Source: an uncultured delta proteobacterium
GTDB lineage: Bacteria; Desulfobacterota; Binatia; UBA9968
Reading direction: 5' to 3'
DNA length: 64,000 bases
NCBI GenBank assembly: GCA_963745835.1
Contig: CAVUZH010000003.1
Location: 992,001-1,056,000 of the forward strand
Below the pieces are notes generated by a model, which was not told the DNA's origin, made no database searches, and saw only the letters and a list, made by a program, of their open reading frames with translations. The translations under genes were made by a program, and so were the position numbers. Positions 9,361 through 20,055 of this stretch are shown here, piece by piece (within the stretch, counting starts at the first letter, position 1; every line of letters starts with the position of its first letter).

Positions 9361-10056
9361 ATGGAAGCAGCACATTTTTTCTTTCGATGGTTTCACTTTT
9401 TAGCTGGGATCACCTGGATCGGTATCTTGTACTATTTCAATTTCGTCCAAACACCGTTTTTTGCAGAAACTGAAGCAAGCGTTCGTACAGGAGCCATTCA
9501 GAAACTTGTTCCTCGAGCTCTGTGGTGGTTTCGCTGGGCGGCGATGGTCACCTTTCTGGCGGGCTTGCTGATGTACCTGATGCGCTTAGGTGAGATGGGC
9601 GCGGGACTGTTCTTCACCTCATCATACGGAGTGACAATCACTCTGGGCGGTCTAATGGGGACTATCATGTTTCTTAATGTCTGGTTGGTCATTTGGCCCA
9701 ATCAGCAGATCGTAATCGCATCAACGAACCAAGTGGCGAGCGGGGGTCAAGCATTGCCGGCAGCCGCGGGGGCGGCACGACGCGGCGCTCTGGCATCGAG
9801 GACCAACGTCGTCTTTTCTGTTCCGATGCTTTTCTTTATGGGCGCTGCGAGTCACTACCCCTCGCTGGTCGGACCATCGGCCGCATTCGGGATCTTCTGG
9901 GTTTTGTCCCTGATCATTATCGCCGCTGTGGAAATCAATCCGCTGGTGGGGACACAAGGACCAACCAAGAAATTCTTGGATTCTGTTTCCGGCGCGCTGT
10001 GGGCTGGGTTTATTCTTACCGCTATATTTTACGTTCTATTGCTTGCTCTGATGTAA
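9361..10056 (+). CDS. Urate hydroxylase PuuD N-terminal-like integral membrane protein (no fused cytochrome c)
   Basis: RWFHFLAGITWIGILYYFNFV, WFRWAA, IMFLNVWLVIWPNQ, SRTN..FSVPMLFFM..SH. Confidence 0.8.
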   Translation: MEAAHFFFRWFHFLAGITWIGILYYFNFVQTPFFAETEASVRTGAIQKLVPRALWWFRWAAMVTFLAGLLMYLMRLGEMGAGLFFTSSYGVTITLGGLMGTIMFLNVWLVIWPNQQIVIASTNQVASGGQALPAAAGAARRGALASRTNVVFSVPMLFFMGAASHYPSLVGPSAAFGIFWVLSLIIIAAVEINPLVGTQGPTKKFLDSVSGALWAGFILTAIFYVLLLALM

Positions 10057-10065
10057 AGGCAAGCC

Positions 10066-10407
10066 TCAACGAAGGTAGGCAGCAAGATACGGAATTTCTG
10101 ACTTCAAAAACGGAAATTGCGGCATTACCTTGGTCGGGCGCTTCGGTCTATAGTTAGGCGGGTAGTTACTGGTTAAAACCCGGGCTTCGAGCAATTCTTG
10201 GCCGGAACCTTTCAGCGCTGGCCCTATCGGACCATCTCTCGACGGGTCGCTATTGTGACATGCGACGCAATTAGCGATGTAAACGGCTCTTCCTCTTTCC
10301 CAATCAGGATCTTTGCTCTCCTGCGCCGCCTGATCCGAGTCTCTCGAACAGGCACTCAGGCCCACAGTCATTAAGACGATTACCAACCCTATGAACGCAT
10401 TTCCCAT
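10066..10407 (-). CDS. Mono-haem cytochrome c lipoprotein
   Basis: Lipobox LSAC, CVACH haem motif, distal MP. Confidence 0.88.
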   Translation of the reverse strand: MGNAFIGLVIVLMTVGLSACSRDSDQAAQESKDPDWERGRAVYIANCVACHNSDPSRDGPIGPALKGSGQELLEARVLTSNYPPNYRPKRPTKVMPQFPFLKSEIPYLAAYLR

Positions 10408-10612
10408 CTGACGTCTTGCCCATTTGCGCCTGCTTGCCTAATTCGGCCGCTCGGTCGTCACCCGGCTTTGATCGTGATCGTTACCCGTTTCCGTAGAATT
10501 AGCTCCTTCAGTAATTCGTGAGAATCAGGCACCGGATTAACAGCATACCTTTCATTCGGAAAAGATGATCCAGTGATATTAGAGAAATTCTGGCGTGTGT
10601 GCTATTAATTCT

Positions 10613-10699
10613 TGGTGCGAAAGAGGGGAGTCGAACCCCTACGAGTGTTACCTCACAGGATCCTGAATCCTGCGCGTCTACCAATTCCGCCACTTTCGC
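10613..10699 (-). tRNA. tRNA-Leu(CAG)
   Basis: GCGAAAGTGGCGGAATTGGTAGACGCG-CAGGA-TT-CAG-GA-TCCTG, long variable arm, CCA end. Confidence 0.95.
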
Positions 10700-10727
10700 G
10701 AGCTTAGGGCGCGGGACCGCTCATCAT

Positions 10728-10756
10728 TTATTAGCTTGGGGTTGATGGGTTGTCAA
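10728..10756 (-). promoter_or_regulatory. Sigma70 promoter for tRNA-Leu
   Basis: TTGACA-N17-TAATAA on the minus strand. Confidence 0.55.
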
Positions 10757-10785
10757 CAATCTGATTGCTGTCACGGACAAAGCCA

Positions 10786-11304
10786 ATGAGTAAGATTTTA
10801 GTCGTTGAACCCTACAAAATCCTACAAAGAGCGATTGCGGTGAGTTTTTTTCCTGAACATCAAGTTGAGGTAACTGAGCAGGTTCCGGAAGTGAGCGCGC
10901 TTGAGCAGCGCGCTTATGATGTTGCCATCGTTGATGCCGCAGCGCTGCGCGAAAAGAATGCGGCCGGCGATCTGAACCGCTGTTTGCGGGACTGGTCGAT
11001 ACCCATAATTTGGCTGGAGGAGAATACTCCAACGGCCGCGCCGGTACGCGACAAATTGGTGGTTTTACGTAAGCCGATCGTGAGGAACGATCTCCTCGCG
11101 GCGCTGACTCGCTGTCAGGCGCAAGGACCGACCTTTCCACCGACGAACCTTGGCGAGAAGTTCCAAAATAAGACAGTTTTGATTGACACTGACCTCAAGC
11201 CGGATTCGGAGCAAAGAGCGGCAATTATAGAACTCGTAGATGTCGTTGAGGAAGAAGCAACAGCTCGTATGCAAGACGAGTGGCAGGAGAGAAAGAAACA
11301 ATAG
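10786..11304 (+). CDS. Atypical receiver-domain protein with an acidic tail
   Basis: KILVVE, DVAIVD, LRKPI receiver pattern; C-terminal IIELVDVVEEE. Confidence 0.65.
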   Translation: MSKILVVEPYKILQRAIAVSFFPEHQVEVTEQVPEVSALEQRAYDVAIVDAAALREKNAAGDLNRCLRDWSIPIIWLEENTPTAAPVRDKLVVLRKPIVRNDLLAALTRCQAQGPTFPPTNLGEKFQNKTVLIDTDLKPDSEQRAAIIELVDVVEEEATARMQDEWQERKKQ

Positions 11305-11307
11305 GCT

Positions 11308-14063
11308 ATGCAACTGGACAAAGCTTATTCGCATAAATCAGTCGAGGCGAAGTGGTACCAACGTTGGACCGAATCGGGAGCCTTCAAACCATCCAAAGGC
11401 GGGGGACCTTATTTTTCAATGGTGATTCCACCACCCAATGTAACGGGATCGCTACACATGGGGCACGCTCTCAACAACACACTTCAAGACATACTGTGCC
11501 GGTACAAACGGATGGACGGGTTTCGCGTCCTATGGATTCCAGGCACCGACCATGCCGGCATCGCGACGCAGAATGTCGTTGAGCGGCGCCTCGCGGCAGA
11601 AGGGTTGAATCGTAATCAGCTGGGACGCGAGAAATTCATCGAGAGAGTCTGGTCATGGAAGCAGGAAGCCGGCGATGTCATTTTGCATCAGCTCAGAGCC
11701 CTGGGTGTTTCTTGCGACTGGGATCATGAACGATTCACTATGGATGAAGGCCTCTCGCGGGCGGTGCGCGAAGCTTTCGTGCGGCTTTGGGACGATAAGC
11801 TGCTATATCGGGCGCAACGATTGATCAACTGGTGTCCTCGCTGTAAAACGGCGCTCTCGGACATTGAGGTTATCCATCAAGAATCGGATGGTAATCTCTG
11901 GCATATCGGCTACCCTTTGGCGGAAGATCCGTCTAGGGAACTCGTCGTCGCAACAACCCGGCCGGAAACCATGCTCGGCGATACCGCGGTGGCGGTTCAT
12001 CCCGACGACCAGCGCTATCAAAATCTCATCGGTCAAAATATCAGGCTGCCGCTGAGCGGACGCATGGTCCCGTTAATCGCCGATCCCTTTGTCGATCGCG
12101 AATTCGGCACCGGTGCTTTGAAGGTCACGCCGGGCCATGATTTTAACGACTTTGAGATCGGCGAGCGATTCGCTCTCGATAGAATCAGTATCTTTGATGC
12201 CGAGGGGCGCATCGATGCCGGGGCCTTTCTGCAACGTGGCGAAACCGGCGAATGGATCGATCGCTATCATGACAAGGATCGTTTCGAAGCGCGCAGCCTA
12301 GTGGTTGCGGATCTGAAGGATAAGGGATTTCTCCGGAAAATCGAACCTCACAAAATCTCGATGGGCCACTGCTATCGCTGCCAAACCATCGTCGAGCCGT
12401 ATCTCACACCGCAGTGGTTCGTGGCATCAAACCTTTGGCGGGCCCCGCCATCGGCGCAGTGCGCCAAGGCGATATTCGCATTATTCCCGAAGGATGGAGC
12501 AATTCTTACTTTGCCTGGATGGAAAACATCAAAGATTGGTGTGTCTCGCGACAAATCTGGTGGGGGCATCAAATTCCCGCATGGTATTGCCGCTCGTGCG
12601 ATAGGGAAAACATTGCCGAGGGCCACGCCGGCGAGTACAGCCTAACGAAGGAAGCTCAACCCATCGTCTCCCGCACCGCGCCGCAAAACTGCCCGCGCTG
12701 CGGTGGTGATGATTTAGTTCAGGATCCGGATGTTCTCGACACCTGGTTTTCTTCCAGCTTGTGGCCGTTTTCGACCTTGGGGTGGCCTGAGAACACCGAT
12801 GATCTGAGAAGCTTTTATCCAACCTCGACGTTAGTCACGGCCTTCGATATTTTATTTTTCTGGGTTGCGCGCATGATCATGATGGGTCTCAAGTTTATGG
12901 GTTCTGTGCCGTTTCATGATGTTTACATACACGCGCTTGTGCGTGACGAACAAGGTCAGAAAATGTCGAAGTCCAAAGGCAACGTCATCGATCCGTTGGA
13001 TATCATGGCTGAATATGGCACGGATGCGTTTCGCTTCACCTTGGCTGCCATGGCCGCAATGGGACGTGACATCAAACTTGCAGAAGAACGAATCTCCGGT
13101 TACCAGAATTTCGTCAACAAGTTGTGGAACGCTTCCCGATTCGTTTTGATGAATTTAGCGCAAAGCGAACCACCCCAACATGCTTCTGACCAACGTGCTC
13201 TCGACAGCGCCGAGCTTGGCTTGGCTGATCGGTGGATTCGGTCGCGTTTGGCTTCAACAGTTCGCGAAGCGCGCGCTGCCATCGACGGCTATCGCTTCAA
13301 CGATTACGCCAATGTTCTGTATCAGTTTACCTGGCACGAATTCTGTGACTGGTATATCGAAATGAGCAAGTTGTCGCTTAATGCGACAGGTGGCGATGAC
13401 CCTGAAAGAAGCCGGCGCATACTGGTTGAAGTCTTAGAGCAGATCCTCTTGTTATTGCACCCGATCATGCCCTTTGTTACCGAGGAAATTTGGCAAGTGC
13501 TGGGCGACGGCAGAGGCACAATCATGCTCCAAGAGTATCCGGCAGTGAAAGCAAACTGGATCGATGCCGAAACCGAAAGGCAAATGGATTATTTGATGGG
13601 AGTAGTCAGGGCGATCAGAAATCTTCGCACGGAGCTGAATTGCCCGCCGGCCAAGCAAATCAAGGTTATCTTCCACGGCTCTGACGGCGATCTTGCGTTT
13701 CTTGGCGCGCAGATGCCTTATCTTCGTGCTCTGGCGCGGGTTGGTTCCGCTGATTATCTTGCATCGGGAGATCGGCCCAAGGGAGCGGCGACTGCGGTGG
13801 TTGGATCGACGGAAATCTATCTTCCAATCGACGATCTTCTCGATCTTGACGAGGAACGAGCACGATTGACGAAGGAGATCGCTAAGATTACCGGCGAAAT
13901 AACGCGTTCTCAAAAAAAGCTCGCCAATCCCGAGTTTGTCAATAAGGCCAAACCAGAGATCATTCAAAAGGAGCGGGAAAAGGCGATCCAACATGAAGAA
14001 AAGCTCCGCACGCTTAAGGCTAGCGTAGAACAAATCAGGGAGATTCAGGCGGGAAGGAACTAG
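11308..14063 (+). CDS. valS: Valine--tRNA ligase (one frameshift near 12423, probably a sequence error)
   Basis: [30 protein letters not shown] and a C-terminal coiled-coil, split over ORFs 11308..12645 and 12414..14063. Confidence 0.95.
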
Positions 14064-14067
14064 GCAG

Positions 14068-14922
14068 ATGGATATTCTTGTTAGTCCCCAGATCGAACGC
14101 TTAATCCGCGATTCCTTAGACGAAGACATCGGCGCCGGCGACCTTGCGACAATGGCGACAATCTCGGCAGAATCTCAAGGCACGGGGCTTTTTCGCGCCA
14201 AGAAAGAAGGTGTTGTAGCCGGTTTGGTGCTGTTGGAGCGAATCTTCTACTTTATTGATCCCAAAGTAAACGTAAGCCTCCTCACAAAAGACGGTACTCA
14301 GGTGGCACAAGGCACTGTAGTGGCCGAAGCCGCAGGGCCGGTCCGGGCGCTGCTTTTAGCTGAACGAACAGCGCTGAACTTTCTTCAACGCCTATCTGGA
14401 ACCGCGACTCTAACGCGCCAGTACGTCGAGGCAGTGAAAGATTTTGCGTGCAAGGTGCTCGATACTAGAAAAACGACACCTGGACTACGGACTCTGGAGA
14501 AATATGCGGTTCGAATGGGCGGCGGAACGAATCACCGCATAGGACTGTATGATGCGGCTCTGGTAAAGGACAATCATATTGAAGCCACGGGGTCCATCGC
14601 TGAAGCAGTCAAAGCGGTAAGACTGCATGCGCCGTTCATGGCTAAGGTCGAAGTCGAAGCCGGCAACTTAACGCAGGTTCAGGAAGCAATAGACGCGGGC
14701 GCCGATGTGATCATGCTCGACAATATGTCGATTGTCCAGATGGCGGAAGCGGTGCGTCTGGTAAACAAACGCGCTTGGGTGGAAGCCTCAGGCGGCATCA
14801 CTCTTAACACCATTCGTCAGATCGCCGAGACTGGGGTCGATTTCATCTCATCGGGCGCCCTGACGCATTCGGCTCCGGTGGTCGATTTCAACATGAAAAT
14901 AACCATGAACGTCGGCAAGTGA
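14068..14922 (+). CDS. nadC: Nicotinate-nucleotide diphosphorylase (carboxylating)
   Basis: ERTALN, DTRKTTPG, NHRIGL, KDNH, IMLDN, EASGG. Confidence 0.95.
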   Translation: MDILVSPQIERLIRDSLDEDIGAGDLATMATISAESQGTGLFRAKKEGVVAGLVLLERIFYFIDPKVNVSLLTKDGTQVAQGTVVAEAAGPVRALLLAERTALNFLQRLSGTATLTRQYVEAVKDFACKVLDTRKTTPGLRTLEKYAVRMGGGTNHRIGLYDAALVKDNHIEATGSIAEAVKAVRLHAPFMAKVEVEAGNLTQVQEAIDAGADVIMLDNMSIVQMAEAVRLVNKRAWVEASGGITLNTIRQIAETGVDFISSGALTHSAPVVDFNMKITMNVGK

Positions 14923-15746
14923 ACCTTTCCGAAAATCATCGAGGCACGGCCGATTTACCGCTCGATCTCAACTCAATCCGTCAACGATTAGCCGGGCAAC
15001 GGCTCGGAACTGAGTTCCACTACTTTGCTGAGATCGGCTCCACCAATACCCACGCTCGCCGACTGGCTGAACAAGGCGCGAGACAGGGCGAGTTGGTTGT
15101 CGCCGATTCGCAAACAGACGGCCGCGGTCGCCTCGGCAGGCATTGGGTGTCGCCGCCCAATGTGAATCTGTATATTTCTTTCGTTTTGCGACCAAAACTC
15201 CCGCCCGCCAGAGCGCCGCAAATTACTCTGATGGCCGCCGTTGCTCTGGCCGAGACGTTGCAGTCCTTCCTTCCAGTTCCTCCGTCTATCAAGTGGCCGA
15301 ATGACATTACCGTGAACGGCAAAAAACTAGCGGGCATTTTGACCGAGGTGAACTGCGGCACGGAATCTGTCGAGTTCGTGATTCTCGGCATTGGGGTAAA
15401 CGTTAACTATCCCGTTGATCTAATGCCCGAGGAAATTCGCCAGCGCGCGACATCGGTTTTGGTTGAACGCCAAAACAAAGTAAGCCGAGAAGATCTGCTG
15501 TGGAGATTGATTCAAGACCTGGACCGGTGTTATGGAGAACTCGAGGTAAATGGTTTCGCGCCGCTGGCGCCTCGTTGGGAGGCTTACTTTGGCTGGAGAG
15601 GGCAGCGGATGCGTATTGAGCTTTTGGATCAGGTTGCGTTCGGCATAGCCAAAGGCATTGATCATGACGGCGCCCTATTACTCGAAGACGATCACGGCAG
15701 ACTGCAAAGAGTCATCGCCGGGGACGTTACTCCAGTGAGCCAATAG
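14919..15746 (+). CDS. birA: Biotin--[acetyl-CoA carboxylase] ligase without an HTH domain
   Basis: [33 protein letters not shown]. Confidence 0.93.
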   Translation: MNLSENHRGTADLPLDLNSIRQRLAGQRLGTEFHYFAEIGSTNTHARRLAEQGARQGELVVADSQTDGRGRLGRHWVSPPNVNLYISFVLRPKLPPARAPQITLMAAVALAETLQSFLPVPPSIKWPNDITVNGKKLAGILTEVNCGTESVEFVILGIGVNVNYPVDLMPEEIRQRATSVLVERQNKVSREDLLWRLIQDLDRCYGELEVNGFAPLAPRWEAYFGWRGQRMRIELLDQVAFGIAKGIDHDGALLLEDDHGRLQRVIAGDVTPVSQ

Positions 15747-15750
15747 AATC

Positions 15751-16545
15751 ATGCTGCTCGCTATCGACATCGGTAATACTAATATCGTTCTTGGACTGTA
15801 CCAGGGAAAAAAGCTGATTACCCACTGGCGACTGCTCACCGAAGCTGAGCGCACCTCCGACGAATATGGCGTCATCATAGCCCATCTAGTCGATTACGAA
15901 GGATTTCATTGCAACCAGATTAGCGCCATCGTCGTATCCTGCGTGGTGCCGCCGATGCTGACAATGATTCAGGAGCTGGGCAAAAAATTCTTTAAACTCG
16001 AACCATTGATTGTCGGCCCCGGCATTAAAACCGGGATGCCAATTCTCTATGAAAATCCCAGAGACGTTGGTGCCGACCGAATTGTCAACGGCATAGCCGC
16101 CTACGAGCGATATAGGGAAGCGTGCATTATTGTTGATTTCGGGACTGCGACGACCATCGATCTGATTTCAAAGAAAGGGGAATACGTCGGCGGTGCGATC
16201 GCGCCAGGTTTGTCGATCTCTTTGGAAGCGTTGTCGCAACGCGCCTCCAAATTGCCCAGGATAGAAATTGTCAAGCCAAGGGAGGTTATCGGCCGCAACA
16301 CCGTCAACTCGATACAGGCAGGGATATTTTATGGTTATGTCGGCCTGGTCGATGGCATCGTCAAAAGGATTCAGAAGGAAGGCGGAGTTCAGGCGAAGGT
16401 AGTCGCTACCGGAGGATTGGCGCCACTTGTGGCTGCGGAATGTTCGACGATCAGCGATGTTGATGAATTTCTAACGCTTCAGGGACTGCGGATTATACAT
16501 GAACGAAATTCTTTACAAGAGGTGAAGGTAAGAGCGCAAACATAG
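15751..16545 (+). CDS. coaX: Type III pantothenate kinase
   Basis: [30 protein letters not shown]. Confidence 0.95.
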   Translation: MLLAIDIGNTNIVLGLYQGKKLITHWRLLTEAERTSDEYGVIIAHLVDYEGFHCNQISAIVVSCVVPPMLTMIQELGKKFFKLEPLIVGPGIKTGMPILYENPRDVGADRIVNGIAAYERYREACIIVDFGTATTIDLISKKGEYVGGAIAPGLSISLEALSQRASKLPRIEIVKPREVIGRNTVNSIQAGIFYGYVGLVDGIVKRIQKEGGVQAKVVATGGLAPLVAAECSTISDVDEFLTLQGLRIIHERNSLQEVKVRAQT

Positions 16546-16568
16546 CGGAAAAGGAGGAACCCACAGTT

Positions 16569-18668
16569 ATGGCTGGAACGGAGCTGCAAAACCTTCGAAT
16601 CCTCGGCATTCTGGGTCAAGGAGGCTCGGGCAAAACCTCTTTAGCGGAGGCGATGCTGTTTACCGGCGGGGCGACTCAGCGGCTGGGACGGGTTCAGGAT
16701 GGCACGTCGGTGTTTGATCATGAGCCCGAAGAAATCAAGCACCAGGTCTCGATCTCAACCGCGTTTCAATCTCTTTCATGGAAAAAACATTCTTTGACTT
16801 TGGTGGATACTCCGGGCTATGCGGCATTTCTCGCCGATTCAATCAACTGTGCGCGCGCTTTTGGCGGCGCGATCTTTGTTCTGAATCCTTCGGTTGGATT
16901 GCGGGTTGAATCCGAGCGGCTATGGGCAACGGCTAACGCCAATGAAATCTGCCGGCTTCTCTTCGTCAATAAAATGGATCATGAGGAGGCCGATGCGGTT
17001 GAGCGAATGGAGCCTTTGCTTTCAAGGCTGGATGCCAAGGGTGTTCATCTGCAGTTGCCAATCGGAGCCGGGGGCGAGTTCAAAGGCGTTGTCGATTTGC
17101 CTTCAATGAAGGCCTATCTTTATGAAGGAAGCGGCGGCAAGTTCAGCGAAACCGAAATCCCCGCCGATCTCCGGGCAGCGGCTGAAGATATGCGGCGACA
17201 GTTGATGGATAGTGTCGCCGAAGCGGACGACGGCTTCCTTGAAAAATATCTCGATGGCGGCGAATTTTCATTGGAAGAGTTGAAGCAAACCATTCGCGAA
17301 GCCACGCGGCAACGAAAAATATTTCCGATTCTCTATGGCTCTGCGACACATTTGATCGGAATCCCCCAACTGCTCGAGGCGGTGCTCGATTACCTGCCTG
17401 CGCCAGGAGAAGAGGCCGAATTGGAAGGCACCAATCCGATTACGCGCGAGGTTGAAAGAAGGGCACACGATCTTGGCGCGCCTTTTTCGGCCTACGTTTT
17501 CAAAACATTGGTCGATCCTTTTGCAGGGAAACTATCGGTGATGCGTGTCATATCCGGAAAGATTTCGTCGGACGAGACATGCTTCAACGCCAACAAACAG
17601 AGCAAAGAAAAAATCGGTCACATGTTCCGGCTGGAGGGGAAAAAGCAAGAGGCCATCAAAGAAGCTCGGGCAGGCGAGATCGTCGCAGCGGCCAAGCTCA
17701 AGGATGTCAGCAGCGGCGACACGCTCTGCGATGAAAGGGCGCCGATTCAGTACCCGCTGCCGGTGCATTTCTCGCCGGTCATTTCGTTTGCGTTAGAGCC
17801 CAAGAGCAAAGCAGATGAAGAAAAGGTGCCGCAGGGCCTGCACCGGATGATGGAGGAAGATCCAACCATCGATCTTCACCGCGATGAGGAGACGCGCGAT
17901 TTTATCCTGTCGGGCATGGGACAGCAGCACATCGAGATCATCGTCGAGAAGCTCAAACGGAAGTACAGCGCCGAGGTCATTTTAAAAGCGCCGAAAGTGC
18001 CGTACAAAGAAACCATCCGGGGCGCTGCCAGCGCCCAGGGAAAGTTAAAGAAGCAATCCGGTGGCCGCGGCCAGTATGGCGACACCTGGCTCAAAGTCGA
18101 ACCGCTGCCGCACGGCAAGGGGTTTGAGTTCGTCGATCAGATCGTCGGCGGCGCGATTCCTCGGAACTATATCCCGGCAGTGGAGAAAGGGATCAAAGAA
18201 GCAATGGCCGGAGGGGTGGTCGCCGGTTATCCGATGGTCGATGTGCGGGTGACACTTTACGATGGTTCCTATCATGATGTCGACTCATCGGATATGGCAT
18301 TCAAAATCGCCGGGTCCATGGGTTTTAAAAACGCCGTCGAAAAAGCCAAACCGGTGATTTTAGAACCGATCATGACGATGGAGGTGACCGTGCCGGACGA
18401 ATGTATGGGCGACGTCATCGGCGATTTGAACAGCCGCAGGGGCAAAGTACTGGGCATGGACACCAACGGCCACACTCAAGTAATCAAAAGCCGGGTGCCG
18501 ATGTCCGAGGTGCTAAAATATGCGCCGGATCTTCGTTCGCTTACCAGCGGCCGCGGCGAGTTTCATATGGAATTTTCACATTATGAGGAGTTACCCGCTC
18601 ATCTAGCTGAAAGAGTGATCAAAGAAGCCAAAGCGCAAAGCAAGACGGAACAGCCGAGCCAGCACTAA
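16569..18668 (+). CDS. fusA: Elongation factor G paralog (EF-G2 type)
   Basis: GQGGSGKTS, DTPGY, NKMD, GMGQQH, KKQSGGRGQYG, GDLNSRRG; not in an rpsL-rpsG-tuf context. Confidence 0.9.
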   Translation: MAGTELQNLRILGILGQGGSGKTSLAEAMLFTGGATQRLGRVQDGTSVFDHEPEEIKHQVSISTAFQSLSWKKHSLTLVDTPGYAAFLADSINCARAFGGAIFVLNPSVGLRVESERLWATANANEICRLLFVNKMDHEEADAVERMEPLLSRLDAKGVHLQLPIGAGGEFKGVVDLPSMKAYLYEGSGGKFSETEIPADLRAAAEDMRRQLMDSVAEADDGFLEKYLDGGEFSLEELKQTIREATRQRKIFPILYGSATHLIGIPQLLEAVLDYLPAPGEEAELEGTNPITREVERRAHDLGAPFSAYVFKTLVDPFAGKLSVMRVISGKISSDETCFNANKQSKEKIGHMFRLEGKKQEAIKEARAGEIVAAAKLKDVSSGDTLCDERAPIQYPLPVHFSPVISFALEPKSKADEEKVPQGLHRMMEEDPTIDLHRDEETRDFILSGMGQQHIEIIVEKLKRKYSAEVILKAPKVPYKETIRGAASAQGKLKKQSGGRGQYGDTWLKVEPLPHGKGFEFVDQIVGGAIPRNYIPAVEKGIKEAMAGGVVAGYPMVDVRVTLYDGSYHDVDSSDMAFKIAGSMGFKNAVEKAKPVILEPIMTMEVTVPDECMGDVIGDLNSRRGKVLGMDTNGHTQVIKSRVPMSEVLKYAPDLRSLTSGRGEFHMEFSHYEELPAHLAERVIKEAKAQSKTEQPSQH

Positions 18669-18780
18669 AGATCTAAAGCCGAACGATACGACCTCACCGG
18701 GGGAAAATTCTCCCTGCAACGAGGAAGGCTCAGGCGATTCGCGTAACGAGTTAGTTTGCGATCTTCAGATTGAGGCAGTT

Positions 18781-18990
18781 ATGGAACAATCATTTGATCA
18801 ATTCAATGCAGCGTTGCTGTACTGCAACAAGTGCGGTAGGGCGATGCCAGTCAGGCAGCGATTGTTGCTGGTGTTGCCGGATGGGGAACTCTATGATTAT
18901 ACCTGCCAGACGTGCCATAGCTCAGTAGGATCAAAAACCGAACGCGCCGGCACCCAAGCCACTACAAGAAAGACTAGGATAGGAGGCTGA
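18781..18990 (+). CDS. Small zinc-ribbon protein
   Basis: CNKC...CQTC; GAGG RBS. Confidence 0.7.
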   Translation: MEQSFDQFNAALLYCNKCGRAMPVRQRLLLVLPDGELYDYTCQTCHSSVGSKTERAGTQATTRKTRIGG

Positions 18991-18995
18991 TCGAA

Positions 18996-20024
18996 ATGTC
19001 AGTGATCGATTCGGACGCGCACGTTTTGGAGACCGAGCGCACTTGGGACTACATGTTGGAATCCGAGCGCTCCATGAGGCCGCGGGTCGTGCCCACACCT
19101 ACCGACCCGACCTCGGGAGGAGAATCCTGGCTAGTCGACGGCACTCACATCGGCAAGGCGCGCAACGTCGGCCATGACACGGCGAGAGAAGCGCGTGAGA
19201 TGGAGGACATCAGAGCGCGGCTGGCGCACATGGACGAGCTCGATATCGACGTCCAGGTGCTCTATCCGACGATATTCCTTCGTCCGTTCACGCGCCGGCC
19301 GGAGGTCGAGCTGGCGCTCGCGCGCAGCTACAACCGATGGCTCGTCGATATCTGGAAAGCAGCGCCCGAACGCTTGCGTTGGGTAGCGGTGTTGCCGCTC
19401 CTCAGTATGGAGAATGCGCTTGAAGAAGCCCGCTTTGCCAAAGAAAATGGCGCATGTGGCGTCTTCATGCGTGGTCTGGAAGGCGATAAGCGGATCAGCG
19501 ATAGCCATTTTTTTCCGATCTACGAGGAAGCCGGGAGACTGGATTTGCCGATCTGCGTCCATTCCGCAACCGGCAGCTTCGCGGTGCATGACTATTTCAT
19601 CGACGAGTGCGGCTTCAATAAATTCAAGCTGGCCGTAGTCGGGTCGTTTCATTCGCTCATCTTTAACAAGGTCCCGGAGAGATTTCCGCAGACCAGATGG
19701 GCTTTTATCGAGGTCAGCTCCCAATGGATACCGTACGCCATTCACGATTATGCGCGGCGCTTCGAGCGCGCCGGCGCCAAGGTCGACAAATCCGATGTGC
19801 TGAGGCGAAACAGAATCTGGGTTGCATGCCAGACCGATGACGATCTTTCCTATGTGCTTGAATACGCCGGCGACAGCACGCTGGTGATCGGCACAGATTA
19901 CGGACACAACGACACATCATCGGAGATTCTGGCGCTGCGCAAGCTCAGGGAGGATGGCGCCGTGCCGCCGCAGGTCGTGAAGAAAATCCTCGACGACAAC
20001 GCCAAGGCGCTCTACAGCCTTTAA
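18996..20024 (+). CDS. Amidohydrolase-2 family protein
   Basis: IDSDAH, QVLYPT, YNRW, PICVH, GTDYGH. Confidence 0.88.
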   Translation: MSVIDSDAHVLETERTWDYMLESERSMRPRVVPTPTDPTSGGESWLVDGTHIGKARNVGHDTAREAREMEDIRARLAHMDELDIDVQVLYPTIFLRPFTRRPEVELALARSYNRWLVDIWKAAPERLRWVAVLPLLSMENALEEARFAKENGACGVFMRGLEGDKRISDSHFFPIYEEAGRLDLPICVHSATGSFAVHDYFIDECGFNKFKLAVVGSFHSLIFNKVPERFPQTRWAFIEVSSQWIPYAIHDYARRFERAGAKVDKSDVLRRNRIWVACQTDDDLSYVLEYAGDSTLVIGTDYGHNDTSSEILALRKLREDGAVPPQVVKKILDDNAKALYSL

Positions 20025-20055
20025 ATCCGTAGCCCAGAGGTCTAGAAGATTTCCT

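Noticed and set aside
10508-10693. 61 aa ORF MAELVDAQDSGS...
   Set aside because: Translation of tRNA-Leu
12400-12440. Programmed frameshift or true pseudogenisation of valS and the other split genes
   Set aside because: No slippery heptamer or stimulatory structure shared among the sites; the pattern fits read errors
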